From Deinococcota bacterium (GTDB taxonomy: Bacteria; Deinococcota; Deinococci; Deinococcales; Thermaceae), in assembly GCA_041695225.1 (NCBI GenBank), contig JBGFRI010000030.1:1-64000 (forward strand): DNA of 64,000 nt. Direction: 5' to 3'. The notes under the pieces were generated by a model. The model had not been told where the DNA came from, made no database searches, and saw only the letters and a list, made by a program, of their open reading frames with translations. The position numbers and the translations under genes were made by a program. Below are positions 37,933 to 48,124 of this stretch, piece after piece (the first letter of the stretch is position 1; every line of letters starts with the position of its first letter).

Positions 37933-39305
37933 ATTTCGAATATCCTCTCTTTCCTTTTAATTTTCGCAGCTGCGGCTATCAAGCCCATTAAGAGCCAGAG
38001 GTTCTTGAGAAGAAGGGCACTGATAAAAAAGCTAGCAACTATTACTGCTATAAAACATATGGTCAAAGCCAATCCAATGTTTCCGCTTGGGTCACTCAGC
38101 CCAGCTCTTAGTGTTCTTACGATCATAATGAAAAGTGGTAAGGCGCCTAAAAATCCTAGCCCAACCAGTGCCTCAAGCATACTATTGTGGATAACCCAAC
38201 CATGCTGCGCTAAAAACCCCCCAAGTCCTACGCCTAAAATCGGATTTGCCAAAAAAGTATTGATGGCCAATCCCCACAATTCAATTCTATGCTCGGCTGC
38301 GTCTGGATTCAGAGCAACTATAAAATCAAAAGGCTTTCGTAATACATCAAAGAAGATAGTGCCCACTAATAAAATCATTGAAGTAAACCCGGCAAAAACA
38401 ACTGGCCATATTTTTTTATTACTGTGCTGCCTTAACCATAAAAAGAACACTGTAACCAATGATGCCGCTAAGCCAACCCATGCGCCTCGGGAATAAGAAA
38501 GAACTAATCCGAAGAGGACAAAAGCCGAAAAAACAATATACTTCAATTTGTGGCTTTTACCACGAAGTGCAAAGTAGAGCAATGCCGGCAAGCCAGTAAG
38601 AAGAAAAAATGCGTATGCATTCGGATCGAGCCATGTAGAGGTTACTCGAGGTAGTGTCAAAGGTATCCCCGGACCAACAAACTCCCATACATTGCCAACT
38701 CCTAAGTTCAAACCCCAAAGACGAAACCCTATCGACTGGATAATTGCAACTGCTGCTGACATAAAAATTGCAAGGCCCAAAAATATCAAAGCCCTGTTCA
38801 GTGTCTTGGTGTCTTTTATCAAATTAACGGTTAAAAAATAAGTCAATACGCAACCCATTAGCGTCACGATCTGCCTTACATGAGCAGTGGGGTCAACGGC
38901 GACAAATATTGACATAAGCGCCGCGATCATTATCCAAGCAATAAATAGGTAATTTACATCCTTTACCATGCGGACCTTGGAAAAAAGAAACGCCAATGAC
39001 CAAGCCAACAAAGTGATAACAATCAAAGCATTTGAAGCAGAGATATTCACCGGGCCAAAGTTTATAAAGTGGCTGTCAAAAGGGATAGCCAGTATAATCA
39101 AATAAAGTCCAACAGGGGGATGTTTAGAGATGAAAATGATAAACAATAAAATTGCTAGTAACACCAAAAGTGATACCAGACCAAATGGACTTAAGACTAC
39201 AAGCCAACTTATCGCAAAAGAGAAAGCAAGAAGCAGAAAAACTTGTACAGTGGAGTTAAGAGAAAAGTACCAAGAAACATAGGGTAAGTTTTCGCAATCA
39301 AACAT
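37929..39305 (-). CDS. O-antigen ligase/polymerase family (Wzy_C) membrane protein
   Basis: Many TM segments; DPNAYA, SYSRGAW, NPILGVGLG, HNSML. Confidence 0.85.
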   Translation of the reverse strand: MFDCENLPYVSWYFSLNSTVQVFLLLAFSFAISWLVVLSPFGLVSLLVLLAILLFIIFISKHPPVGLYLIILAIPFDSHFINFGPVNISASNALIVITLLAWSLAFLFSKVRMVKDVNYLFIAWIMIAALMSIFVAVDPTAHVRQIVTLMGCVLTYFLTVNLIKDTKTLNRALIFLGLAIFMSAAVAIIQSIGFRLWGLNLGVGNVWEFVGPGIPLTLPRVTSTWLDPNAYAFFLLTGLPALLYFALRGKSHKLKYIVFSAFVLFGLVLSYSRGAWVGLAASLVTVFFLWLRQHSNKKIWPVVFAGFTSMILLVGTIFFDVLRKPFDFIVALNPDAAEHRIELWGLAINTFLANPILGVGLGGFLAQHGWVIHNSMLEALVGLGFLGALPLFIMIVRTLRAGLSDPSGNIGLALTICFIAVIVASFFISALLLKNLWLLMGLIAAAAKIKRKERIFEI

Positions 39306-40434
39306 GGTTACTCATCGCCTTTTCCTTCAACACTTTTAGGTAGGCTTGCAAAGTTAGTCCTGCCGCTCGATCCCACGTGAATTGTGACAAGACACGCTCC
39401 TTGAGGTTCTCGCTAGGGCGCTTGTCCCAAGCCCGTATGATAGCTCTTTCAATGGATTTTTGATCAGCTGGGTCACAGTATTCTGCATCTTCTTCGAAAT
39501 ACTCTCGAGCTGTGCCAACAGAAGTTGAGACTATGCCACATCCAATTGCGGCTGCCTCGAGGCTAGCAAGACCAGGGGTTTCATACCAACTCACAAGTGC
39601 GTGGATATGTGCCTTAGAATAGAAAAGAGGCAGTAACTCATGCGTTATCGGTCCAAGAAAAATTATTTGCGAAGAGGATTCTTTCCTGCATTGCCTGTAA
39701 TAAGCTCTCGATAAGTAACTAGATAGCTCGGCTGGTCCAATTAGCACAAGCGGAACCCCTAAAGCATTGCAAGCTCGCACTAGCTTAAGTGTGTTCTTTC
39801 GCGGCGAAATCACTGACACGCTAAGAACATATTTTTGCGGTAATTCGGGATGAATATGGGAATTACACGGGGCTGAAAAAACCATAGTGTCGATTGCGTT
39901 AGGTATTACGGTATAGGCCTTGCTTAAGTCGAGGAAGTTTGCTATGGCTGACATCTCACCCTCTGCGTTTGGTAAGAGATGGTCAGCTAGCATGAAACAC
40001 TTTCGCTCCTGGTCCATGTTTTCATGGGCATTACCCTCCAAGCCACGATAGCGGTAAATTAGTAAAGGGTTTCGCTCTACCTTCCCATCGAGGAGGAACT
40101 TTCCAACTGTGCTATGTCGAAGTCTGATAAGCCAATACTCCATAGGACTTAGAAAATCCCTGTATTCGAGGCTGCGAAAGTATTCAACCCTTGGCCAAAA
40201 AATAGGTGACACCACGACAGGCAACTTTGCCTGTTTTGCAGCCAGTACTGTAGGAAGACATGCCCCCGAAAAGGCATGAACAAGGTCTACCTGCGTTGGT
40301 ATATTTCCATCGCATATACGAAGATCGACTTCAATACCGAGTTTTTTTAGAGAATCAGCTGTCTTCCGTGCCTGTGTCCATTGGCCACCACGATCGGTTG
40401 ATGCAACCATAAGGACTTGTATACGCTTTCCCAT
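39298..40434 (-). CDS. GT4 glycosyltransferase
   Basis: PRKN, SWYETPGLASLEAAA; start MGKRIQVLM chosen. Confidence 0.85.
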   Translation of the reverse strand: MGKRIQVLMVASTDRGGQWTQARKTADSLKKLGIEVDLRICDGNIPTQVDLVHAFSGACLPTVLAAKQAKLPVVVSPIFWPRVEYFRSLEYRDFLSPMEYWLIRLRHSTVGKFLLDGKVERNPLLIYRYRGLEGNAHENMDQERKCFMLADHLLPNAEGEMSAIANFLDLSKAYTVIPNAIDTMVFSAPCNSHIHPELPQKYVLSVSVISPRKNTLKLVRACNALGVPLVLIGPAELSSYLSRAYYRQCRKESSSQIIFLGPITHELLPLFYSKAHIHALVSWYETPGLASLEAAAIGCGIVSTSVGTAREYFEEDAEYCDPADQKSIERAIIRAWDKRPSENLKERVLSQFTWDRAAGLTLQAYLKVLKEKAMSNHV

Positions 40435-40435
40435 C

Positions 40436-41311
40436 TCAGCCGCTACCTCTTTTTGTCCAAACGCTCGCATATACTGTTAACCAAGGGATACCTTGTCCCT
40501 GCGTATTAAAGGCCTTGCCTAGAATTAAATTTCCCAGCCAGTTTAGCAAAGTAGCGCGCCGGCCCGACTTATCGGGGAAAATACTATTTTCTGATGTCAA
40601 TAAGCCCAGTGGATGAGTTGATGCTTCTGGCAAATCCCCTAAAAAATATTGTCGTAAGCGACGCATAAGACTGTCAAATCGTTCAGCGCTTAACATATAA
40701 TCTCCACGAAGATCAATATCCACCGTAAGCACGAACTTTCCACCCGGCTTTAGTATTCGCGCTATTTCTGATATGGTTTGCTCGAAATCCGGAACATGCT
40801 CCAGGACACTAATGCAATACACTGCATCCTGGCCGTTATCCGGTAGCGGGATGCGGTTGCTGTCTGTTAACTTTACACTCACGCTTCCGGGCGCGCTATC
40901 AATCACTTTGGCCGCTGCTGGTATGTCGCGGGCACAAACGGGATCAACATCAACGCAAGTTACATCATAGCCAAGCCGTGCAACGGCAAACGGGAAGAAT
41001 GTCACTCCACTGCCGATATCCGCAACCGTCAGAAGCCTTTCTTCGGTGATTTCTCGGCGAATCTTTTCCAGATGGTAATAGGCGTATGGATACTCCCAAA
41101 CCCTGCTCCAGGTATGGAGAGGATCGCGAGGCCATTTATACTCCGGGCTGCGAAACCTTTGTTCGTGCGCAAGAAAGTGGGATTGCTCTTGTTCCAGGCG
41201 CTTAAAAAGAACTCGCCATTCTTCGCTCTTTAGGTCGCCTAAGGCAGCGAATCCTGCTCGGTCAAAAAGGTGTTGGCACGCCATCACGTTGTTTCTTTCC
41301 ATAATAGTCAT
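40436..41311 (-). CDS. Class I SAM-dependent methyltransferase
   Basis: ADIGSG, ISVLEHV, RILKPGG. Confidence 0.88.
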   Translation of the reverse strand: MTIMERNNVMACQHLFDRAGFAALGDLKSEEWRVLFKRLEQEQSHFLAHEQRFRSPEYKWPRDPLHTWSRVWEYPYAYYHLEKIRREITEERLLTVADIGSGVTFFPFAVARLGYDVTCVDVDPVCARDIPAAAKVIDSAPGSVSVKLTDSNRIPLPDNGQDAVYCISVLEHVPDFEQTISEIARILKPGGKFVLTVDIDLRGDYMLSAERFDSLMRRLRQYFLGDLPEASTHPLGLLTSENSIFPDKSGRRATLLNWLGNLILGKAFNTQGQGIPWLTVYASVWTKRGSG

Positions 41312-42642
41312 GTGTGGCCCCTCGATCTCAATTGATAGGTAGCGAACGAAAAAGTCCAGATCGCGTGGGCCAGATATGCTAGCCCCAAACCAGTTATAAC
41401 GCCAGTTGCGCCGTGCTCAAGCAGCAGAAAAGCAACACCAATATAAATTGCAGCCCAGCCAAGGTTCATCAGCAACCCCAGCCACATGCGGGATACAGCG
41501 GCGAGCATGTTGCCTACAGGCACCTGCGCGGCAAGAAGCGCAGCGGTAAATACCGCAATTATGAGCACCATGGAGCCGTTCTGAAAGTCCGGCCCATAGA
41601 GTGAAAGAAGCCACGGACTCAATAGCGCAATAGTGGCTGCCGGGAGTAGGGCAACCAGTGCATTGGCTTTAACGGCCAAAACCAGCAGGCGTTTTGAATC
41701 GGCATGGTTTTCGGCGGCTATGTAGTCGGTCAGCATCGGCATTACTACTCTACCCGCAACGCTCGGTAAAAACAGGATGGCACTGAACCACTGCATGGCG
41801 ACACCCAGCAAGGCAATTTCAGCATGGCCGCCAGGTGTATTTGCAAGCATCGCCTGGCAGATCCAGTGAGCCGGCGCCACCAGCGCGCCAGCCAGTAAGG
41901 CGGGCAAAGCGAAATCACGTAACACCGGCCATTCCCTTAAACACTCGCGTGGTTCGGGCTTAATTCCGAAACGCTTCATCTCGCGTGAGGCCAGATACAG
42001 GCTAATTCCGGCCTGGATCATCGTGCCCGCAACCAGGCCAATAGCCGCGCCGGTTAGACCGTAGCTATGTACCGCCAGCAACATGACCGGCGCACTTATG
42101 GCCACACCCAAAACAGTTGCGTTAGCAAGGGTGCGCATCGCTTCCATACCGATGAGCACACTCTTTTGGTAGCCGTCGAGCGTAGCAAAGAAAACGGTAA
42201 ACGCCGCAATCGAAAGCGGGGCGGCCAGCGCCGGGGTATTAAGCACACCTGAGGCCAGCTGCGGTGAGAACAGTGCTAGCGCACCGGTCATTATCGCACC
42301 GAAGAAGAAAACGGTGCGTTGGCTAAGCGCCAGGATGTGCCCCAGACGCCGCGTATCGCGCAGCTTCAGAGCCGCGATGTAGCGGGTGGCGGTTTGTCCA
42401 ATCCCAAAGCCTGCGAAAACGCCAACCATATTGAGGGTGCTCTGGATCAAAACGAACTGGCCGTAGGTTTCCTTTCCCAACAGACGGACGACGAGAACCA
42501 ACGTTAGTAGGGTAATACCCTGCGACAAAACGCTCCCTGCAATGCTCCAGCTTGCGCCACTTATAAAGCGTCGTGCCAAGGGCGAACGGAACAGCCGCGC
42601 CGGAAGCAACCAGAACCGCCCTTCCTCCACATCCCCTGCCAT
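41308..42642 (-). CDS. wzx: Oligosaccharide flippase (Wzx)
   Basis: About 12 TM segments; RLLGKETYGQF MOP-family motif. Confidence 0.85.
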   Translation of the reverse strand: MAGDVEEGRFWLLPARLFRSPLARRFISGASWSIAGSVLSQGITLLTLVLVVRLLGKETYGQFVLIQSTLNMVGVFAGFGIGQTATRYIAALKLRDTRRLGHILALSQRTVFFFGAIMTGALALFSPQLASGVLNTPALAAPLSIAAFTVFFATLDGYQKSVLIGMEAMRTLANATVLGVAISAPVMLLAVHSYGLTGAAIGLVAGTMIQAGISLYLASREMKRFGIKPEPRECLREWPVLRDFALPALLAGALVAPAHWICQAMLANTPGGHAEIALLGVAMQWFSAILFLPSVAGRVVMPMLTDYIAAENHADSKRLLVLAVKANALVALLPAATIALLSPWLLSLYGPDFQNGSMVLIIAVFTAALLAAQVPVGNMLAAVSRMWLGLLMNLGWAAIYIGVAFLLLEHGATGVITGLGLAYLAHAIWTFSFATYQLRSRGHT

Positions 42643-42789
42643 TATTTCACCACTTTACGCTCTGCCTTGTGAATAGTTAAGGGGTAAGGTGACTTCGGCC
42701 ACTACAAGTGGGAGTCCCTGCCCGATCAAAGTGAGCAGCGCCTTGCGGGCCAGAACGCTGCCTTTTATCTCGAGCGGTTTGTTCATCCT

Positions 42790-43155
42790 GATCTCTTTCT
42801 AAGTAAGAGCAGCGACGTGGGGGCCTTCTCGGCCGCTTGCTGCGCCATGGAGCAGGTGGTGTCGTGAAACCCGCCTTCGATGTCCCGGCGCGCGGGCTCG
42901 AGGTCGTAGCCAGCCTGTTTGAACCAGCGTTCGGCTTCGGCTTTGCGTTTACCTGCCATAGATGAGCTGGGCCTCGTCCATTATGAGTTCGCTGAAGGCG
43001 TTGCCGCGCTGCTGCATCTCGGCCAGTTCGTCCGGGGTGTAAACCAGAACGTCGAGGTGGCCGAGCCCTGCGGGGAGGAAGCGTCGGACCTCCTGCAGGC
43101 GCTCGGGCTCGTAGGCGCTGAGCGCCGAGATGATGCGGGCATAGGGGGCTGCCAT
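42790..43155 (-). pseudogene. Internally deleted MNT plus truncated HEPN
   Basis: MAAPYARI..YEP|ERLQEVRR lacks the GS/DxD loop present in 55633-55995; followed by MAGKRKAEAERWFKQAGYDL..QQAAEK stub. Confidence 0.75.
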
Positions 43156-43409
43156 GGTACCTAGTCTACCCCAGGGGTGGCGCTGGTTAGGGTTCACACA
43201 GGCTCGCCTGGTCACCGTCTCCTCCTTACCCGGCGCCCTGGCCCTTTGATCGCTCGGCCCCGACCAACTTCCAGCCCTGAGCGCCCGGTTTTTCGCTGCT
43301 CGTTTGCCATGCGGCCCCAGAGGTATAACTGTGGCCCGAGGCCACGCGCCACAGTCTATCTGACCCACCAATCGAGTAGTGCCGCGTTTGCACTTTCGCC
43401 TTCGGCTCA

Positions 43410-43552
43410 CACCCCCACCTGACCTCCCCTATCGGGGGGTAGGATTTCCCTTATTTTTCCAATGTTGTCTTTCCTCTCCCCTGGGGGGAAATTAGAGCCT
43501 GCCCCGCATTTGATACGGGGGTGAGGGTTTAGAAGGGCAGCTTGGATGACCT
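43410..43552. repeat. Remnant of DUF559 3' end and its palindromic repeats
   Basis: TTAGAGCCTGCCCCGCA..GGGGGTGAGGGTTTAGAAGGGCAGCTTGGATGAC duplicates ~45912-45970. Confidence 0.75.
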
Positions 43553-43948
43553 TCAATAAATTTGAGCAGGCATCTTACGACCTTTCTCCGTCCGATCAAA
43601 ATCGCTATCGAGGCTTATGATCTCCAAGCCGTATTTTTCGGCAACGACATACTGATAGGCATCGTCAAAATCCAGGCTGAATTGCCGCGCCACCACTGTC
43701 AGAGCCTCCATATCCTGAACCGAGAGCCGGAGCAGACGCACGCCACCGGTGACTATGAGGTCATCCACAAATTGCACAAAAGTTTCAAACAGGTTGCGGC
43801 GAAAAAGGACAATGCCTACAGAATAGAGCGAGAAGTCAGAGATATGCAGCCTCTCCCTCCGCATTGTTTGCAGAAGTCGTTCGATTTCATCTGCCTTATC
43901 CTGATCCAAAAGGAGTTCTAGAAAAATGTTGCTGTCCAGGAGATACAT
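43553..43948 (-). CDS. vapC: PIN-domain toxin
   Basis: YLLDSNIFLE, DFDDAYQY, SLDSDFD. Confidence 0.9.
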   Translation of the reverse strand: MYLLDSNIFLELLLDQDKADEIERLLQTMRRERLHISDFSLYSVGIVLFRRNLFETFVQFVDDLIVTGGVRLLRLSVQDMEALTVVARQFSLDFDDAYQYVVAEKYGLEIISLDSDFDRTEKGRKMPAQIY

Positions 43949-44163
43949 CAGTCCCCCCACCATTCACGAACCTTATGCTGAAGGTCCACCGATGTATATT
44001 TATCTCGCAAATCTCGCAACGCTCCCCTCCAGGCAAGCGTCAACTCGCCCTTTTTCTTTACCACTCGCTTCTCCAGCAGGAACTCCACAAAATCTCTTAC
44101 TTCCTCCTGGAGGTCTGGTGGCAAACGCTCTACTAATTCCCTTAGCGTTGACATACTTTTCAA
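43948..44163 (-). CDS. DUF2281-like antitoxin
   Basis: LPPDLQEEVRDFVEFL...WRGAL...SVDLQH. Confidence 0.85.
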   Translation of the reverse strand: MKSMSTLRELVERLPPDLQEEVRDFVEFLLEKRVVKKKGELTLAWRGALRDLRDKYTSVDLQHKVREWWGD

Positions 44164-44414
44164 CCTCCTTCCGGTCTATTGAATACCCCCCTACTTTGGC
44201 CGCCAGAAAAACATAGTCTTTTTACCGTCTTAAAGAACTCCTCTAGCGCCTGCTGGTTTCTTCAGTCAGGCTCGGCCGATATCCTGCGAATCAGGATAGT
44301 ATAGCCTGCTTGCTACCGGCCACCAGCAAGTATGACCACTTTCGTTGCTCAGGACTCCTCTTTTAGCTCTGGTCAGCCTGATTAACCCAGTAAAGTTTAT
44401 AGAAGAAGCGACGA

Positions 44415-44790
44415 ACCTCTTGCAGGCGCTCGGGCTCGTAGGTGCTGAACTCCGCGGCGATGCGGGCATAGGGGGCTGCCATGGGTTCTAGTCTACTTCA
44501 GGGGTGGCGCTGGCTAGGGTTCACGGAGGCTCGCCTGGTCACCATCTCGTCCCTGCCGGCGCTGCCTCGCCTCGAGGTTGGTGGCCACCATAGATTAGGT
44601 GATGGACTGGTGGGAGACGAGGGTGATTAATCCATACCCAGCACGCGCACGCCGATGCGCTGGAGGGTCTGGAGGATCGCCTTATGGCAGAGGGATGAAA
44701 GGGGCCGCATCCTCGGGAGGCAGTTTAACGGACCCGTGACGCAAGAGGAAAGGAGAGGCAGAGGCGGTGGGATGTGCGCCTGAGCGGGTG
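44415..44790 (-). pseudogene. Degenerate copy of wzc 3' end / promoter / MNT start junction
   Basis: Homologous to 55940-56270 and to 48930-49155. Confidence 0.75.
44592..44633 (+). mobile_element. 42-bp insertion element in wzc stub
   Basis: Empty site GGCCACCATACCCAG in wzc (~56215-56229); here AT[AGATTAGG...TTAATCC]AT. Confidence 0.88.
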
Positions 44791-45032
44791 ATAAGCCCCA
44801 TGATTAGCCGGAAGATGACAGGACTGGCAAGGGGGTGGGCGTTCCGGTGTTATCGCAAAGAGGTACCGCCATGAAGCATGCGTCAATTCACGAACGCCCT
44901 CTAATAACTCAAAGATCTTGCCCGCGAACTCGTACCAGGAGCACTGTCCGCTAGTGATAAGCTGATGATATCACTTGTTCATGCCAGTAAGGGCCTCTGC
45001 TACCATAATAGGTCGCTTAGTGGACCATTAGT

Positions 45033-45254
45033 TTATTGAGCACTTTGGGTTTGAAGCGTCACACTCACTTCTCCCAGTTGGGCCAGCCCGCGAACAGAAG
45101 CATTCAGAAATTCCACACTCACTGGCTCTCCATCCTCACCGTAGCTCACAATCACCCCTCCCGGCTCTTCGATAGCATCCACTGGTGGGGTATCGCGGAG
45201 CACCAGCAGGAGCACATCAGCTTCAGGATCGTATCGAATCCGCATCTTATTCAC
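45033..45254 (-). CDS. DUF2283 protein
   Basis: IRYDPEADVL...G..V.VEFLNAS. Confidence 0.88.
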   Translation of the reverse strand: MNKMRIRYDPEADVLLLVLRDTPPVDAIEEPGGVIVSYGEDGEPVSVEFLNASVRGLAQLGEVSVTLQTQSAQ

Positions 45255-45504
45255 CCCTCCAATATTTCTGGATTTTGCTTGTCTAGTAGACCGTTAGGAT
45301 CTTACGCCCTCCTTCGGTGTCCACAAAAGGAACGCGAAGCAAACCACTTCCCCTTCTTCCTTGAGCCACCGACACCCCACGGTCTCCGGCAACGACCTGT
45401 TCTGGAGCTGTGAGCAAATGTTCAACTTCTTGACGAGTAATCCTGAGCTTGTGCTCCCACTCCCTCTGGCGATCAGTCGCATGCCTCGTCCAAATGAACT
45501 CCAC
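45247..45504 (-). pseudogene. DUF4258-like toxin with premature TAG at 45283-45285
   Basis: WTRHATDR...KILTVY*TSKIQKYW continues in frame past the stop. Confidence 0.7.
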
Positions 45505-45826
45505 CGCGTCACATCTCCACAGTTGGCAATATGATAACTTATAGGCCCCCGTTTGCAAACGACCCCTACTCACAGGCTTAGCTTCATCCCATCCACTCCT
45601 GCGTCCCTGCTACCACGGTCGCTACCCTCACCTTATCGTTGTTTAGCACTCGCTAGCAGCTCATCCGCCGCACTTGGTCCGTAGCATTACTATTGATTAC
45701 CACGCTACCCTGCTCCAGCATAACTCCCAGCAGGCTTATCCTGCGTCGCTCTGGCCGTTTATCGCCAAAAACACTCGTGCTGCTCTTCTCTGCTAGGACT
45801 GCCATTCTCGCTCGCTAGCGGTTCTC

Positions 45827-46267
45827 TCATTCCTCTAGCTTCCCCTTTCTAACGCTGCCTGGCCAGGCTTCCTTAACTTGTGTATAAATGGTAGCCCCTT
45901 GGGGGAGAGGGTTAGAGCCTGCCCCGCACTCGATGCGGGGGTGAGGGTTTAGAAGGGCAGCTTGGATGACGTTCAATATGCCCTCAATGTTGGTAAATAC
46001 TTCGCTAACCCAGAATCTCAGAACCCTATACCCCTCAGCCTTAAGCCATTCATCGCGGATTTTATCCTGCGGATTGTTGAAATGCTGACTGCCATCTAAT
46101 TCGACTACAAGCCTGTTTTCGAGGTTTACAAAATCCACCACATATCCGTCAATCGGATGTTGACGACGAAACTTGAAACCTTCCATCTGCCGACCTCTGA
46201 TGTGCCGCCATAAATACTGCTCTGTATCCGTGGAGTATTTCCTGAGCCTTCTGGCCGCACCGGTCAT
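45827..46267 (-). CDS. DUF559 / very-short-patch-repair-like endonuclease
   Basis: ARRLRK..TDTE..LW..FKFRRQHPI..YVVDF..VELDGSQH..RDEWL..GYRVLRFW. Confidence 0.88.
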   Translation of the reverse strand: MTGAARRLRKYSTDTEQYLWRHIRGRQMEGFKFRRQHPIDGYVVDFVNLENRLVVELDGSQHFNNPQDKIRDEWLKAEGYRVLRFWVSEVFTNIEGILNVIQAALLNPHPRIECGAGSNPLPQGATIYTQVKEAWPGSVRKGKLEE

Positions 46268-46275
46268 GCTTATCA

Positions 46276-46400
46276 CACCCCCACCCCTTTCCCTCCCCCT
46301 CAAGGGGGAGGGTTTCCCTTATTTTCCCAGAGTTATCTTCCCTCTCCCCTTGAGAATTATCTTCCCTCTCCCTAGGGGGGAGAGGGTTAGGGTGAGGGTG
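46276..46400. repeat. CCCTCTCCC..GGGAGAGGG-type palindromes upstream of DUF559
   Basis: CCCTCCCCCTCAAGGGGGAGGG; CCCTCTCCCTAGGGGGAGAGGGTTAGGGTGAGGG; a further copy at ~45897-45950. Confidence 0.85.
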
Positions 46401-46469
46401 GCAGTCCGTCATAAAACTATTTGACATTACTCGTCCGCCGAATTTTATCAGTTTAACGGCATGTTTCAG

Positions 46470-46680
46470 AGGAATACCACTCATATGTCTGCTTCATCCC
46501 GTCTTCGAGCGAAGTTTTGGCCTCCCAGCCCAGAGCGCGTAGCCTAGAAACGTCCAGCAGCTTTCGCGGTGTGCCGTCCGGCTTATCTGTATTGAATGCT
46601 AGTTCGCCTTTCTATTCGACAATCCGTTTTATTTCCGCCAGTTCCCTTCTAGTCAAAATTCCCCGGTGCCAATGTTAATA
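46470..46680 (-). pseudogene. GDP-L-fucose synthase (fcl-like) C-terminal stub, copy 1
   Basis: [34 protein letters not shown]. Confidence 0.75.
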
Positions 46681-46767
46681 AAAGCAAATCTGTCTCTGAA
46701 AGTATTGAGCATTTTGCTCTGTTGCTGAGCGGACGAACTAAGGTTCCAAACGCTGGGCGGCGCGGTT

Positions 46768-47169
46768 TTAATATTGTTTTTCATCCGCGATTAGCCCCGC
46801 GATCTTGGCAACAAACGCCTTAACTTCCGCTGTCCACGGCAAAATATCCATTACCTCAAATTTCACCAGATCGGCATAATCCGACTTTTGACGGCTATCA
46901 AATAGCCTATCATACAGGTGGCCCATGGCTACTTCGACCAGGCCAGGTCTCACTATTTTTTGATGGAAGAGGGATCTGACACCACTATGCTTGGGTGAGG
47001 AGTGCCCCTTCATCAACAAGAGGGCTGATACAGCATAAAAACATGCATAGTAGAGACGGTTAACACAGGTATTGGCATGACCGGCATCCAGAAGAAGTTC
47101 GGCCTCGCGAATAGACTCATTAGCCCGATCCAGTCGATAATAAACCAGCTTACTTATTTCCTCGTTCAT
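46768..47169 (-). CDS. HEPN domain protein (UPF0332-like)
   Basis: NRLYYACFYA, KHSGV, RQKSDY. Confidence 0.9.
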   Translation of the reverse strand: MNEEISKLVYYRLDRANESIREAELLLDAGHANTCVNRLYYACFYAVSALLLMKGHSSPKHSGVRSLFHQKIVRPGLVEVAMGHLYDRLFDSRQKSDYADLVKFEVMDILPWTAEVKAFVAKIAGLIADEKQY

Positions 47170-47516
47170 AGAGCGATACCCTCTCGCTCCACGTTCCGGA
47201 CGAAAGGCATGGCTTGATAGATGGGCGAGTACCAGTCTTCCTTGCCATAGCAGGTAACGGTTAAAACGGCTCCTGTTTCCAGCTCAAGGGGGTACAAGCT
47301 CTGGCGTATCCGGTCTTCTAACAGCCAGTTTGCCCTTTCCTTCAGCAGGATTAACAGGTCATAATCAGAGTCCGGCTTTGCATCTCCTCTGGCCCGGGAT
47401 CCATAAAGAATAACTGTCGCATCGGGAGCAATTGTTTTTACTGCCTCCCGGCAACGTGCAAGCAAAATACTACTATCTGGCGGCCCATCGCCATCATCAA
47501 CCGTTGGTCGGCTCAT
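47166..47516 (-). CDS. MNT antitoxin
   Basis: [20 protein letters not shown]; start MSRPT after RBS. Confidence 0.88.
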   Translation of the reverse strand: MSRPTVDDGDGPPDSSILLARCREAVKTIAPDATVILYGSRARGDAKPDSDYDLLILLKERANWLLEDRIRQSLYPLELETGAVLTVTCYGKEDWYSPIYQAMPFVRNVEREGIAL

Positions 47517-47577
47517 TACCCTGCCCCCTTCCTTCTTGGCACGAATTGATAAGTAATCGCTCTTTCTGCTTCTTTTG

Positions 47578-47700
47578 CACATACCAATCATAAGTCATCT
47601 TAATCCCATCCTCCAACGAAGTTTTGGCCTGCCAGCCCAAAGCGCGCGCCCTAAAAACATCCAGCAGCTTTCGCGGTGTGCCGTCTGGCTTATCTGTTTG
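47578..47700 (-). pseudogene. fcl-like C-terminal stub, copy 2
   Basis: [39 protein letters not shown]. Confidence 0.75.
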
Positions 47701-47751
47701 CTCCCTTCCCGGCGCCCATGACTTAGCGTGCGGCCTTTACGCCGTCGCTCT

Positions 47752-48120
47752 TTAGGGTGCATCATCCCTCCCGTTCGTGGACTCGCTCCATACCTGGCCT
47801 TCTCGCAACACGCGCTCGCGAAACTGCGGCGCGCATCGTGACAGGTCGACGATATCGGCGTCGTAGAGGATGGGCGCTTCGGCCAGGCGTTCGCGCAAGG
47901 CCGCGAGCACCTCGGGCGGGAGGGGTGCCTGGGGTAAGACGGCAATGTCAATGTCCGAGCCGTGGGTTGCCTCGCCGCGGGCGAAAGAGCCGTAAAGGAA
48001 CACCTTGGCCGGGTAGCCTTGCAGCGCGGCCAATACCAGGGTTTTAGCCTCCTCGAGGTCGGGGGGATGGTGAGGCGCGGCTTTGGTGTTGCTCGCTTGG
48101 CGGGTGCCTCTAGCTTCCAT
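47752..48120 (-). CDS. MNT (orphan)
   Basis: FLYGSFARGEATHGSDIDIAV, DIVDL. Confidence 0.85.
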   Translation of the reverse strand: MEARGTRQASNTKAAPHHPPDLEEAKTLVLAALQGYPAKVFLYGSFARGEATHGSDIDIAVLPQAPLPPEVLAALRERLAEAPILYDADIVDLSRCAPQFRERVLREGQVWSESTNGRDDAP

Positions 48121-48124
48121 ACCT

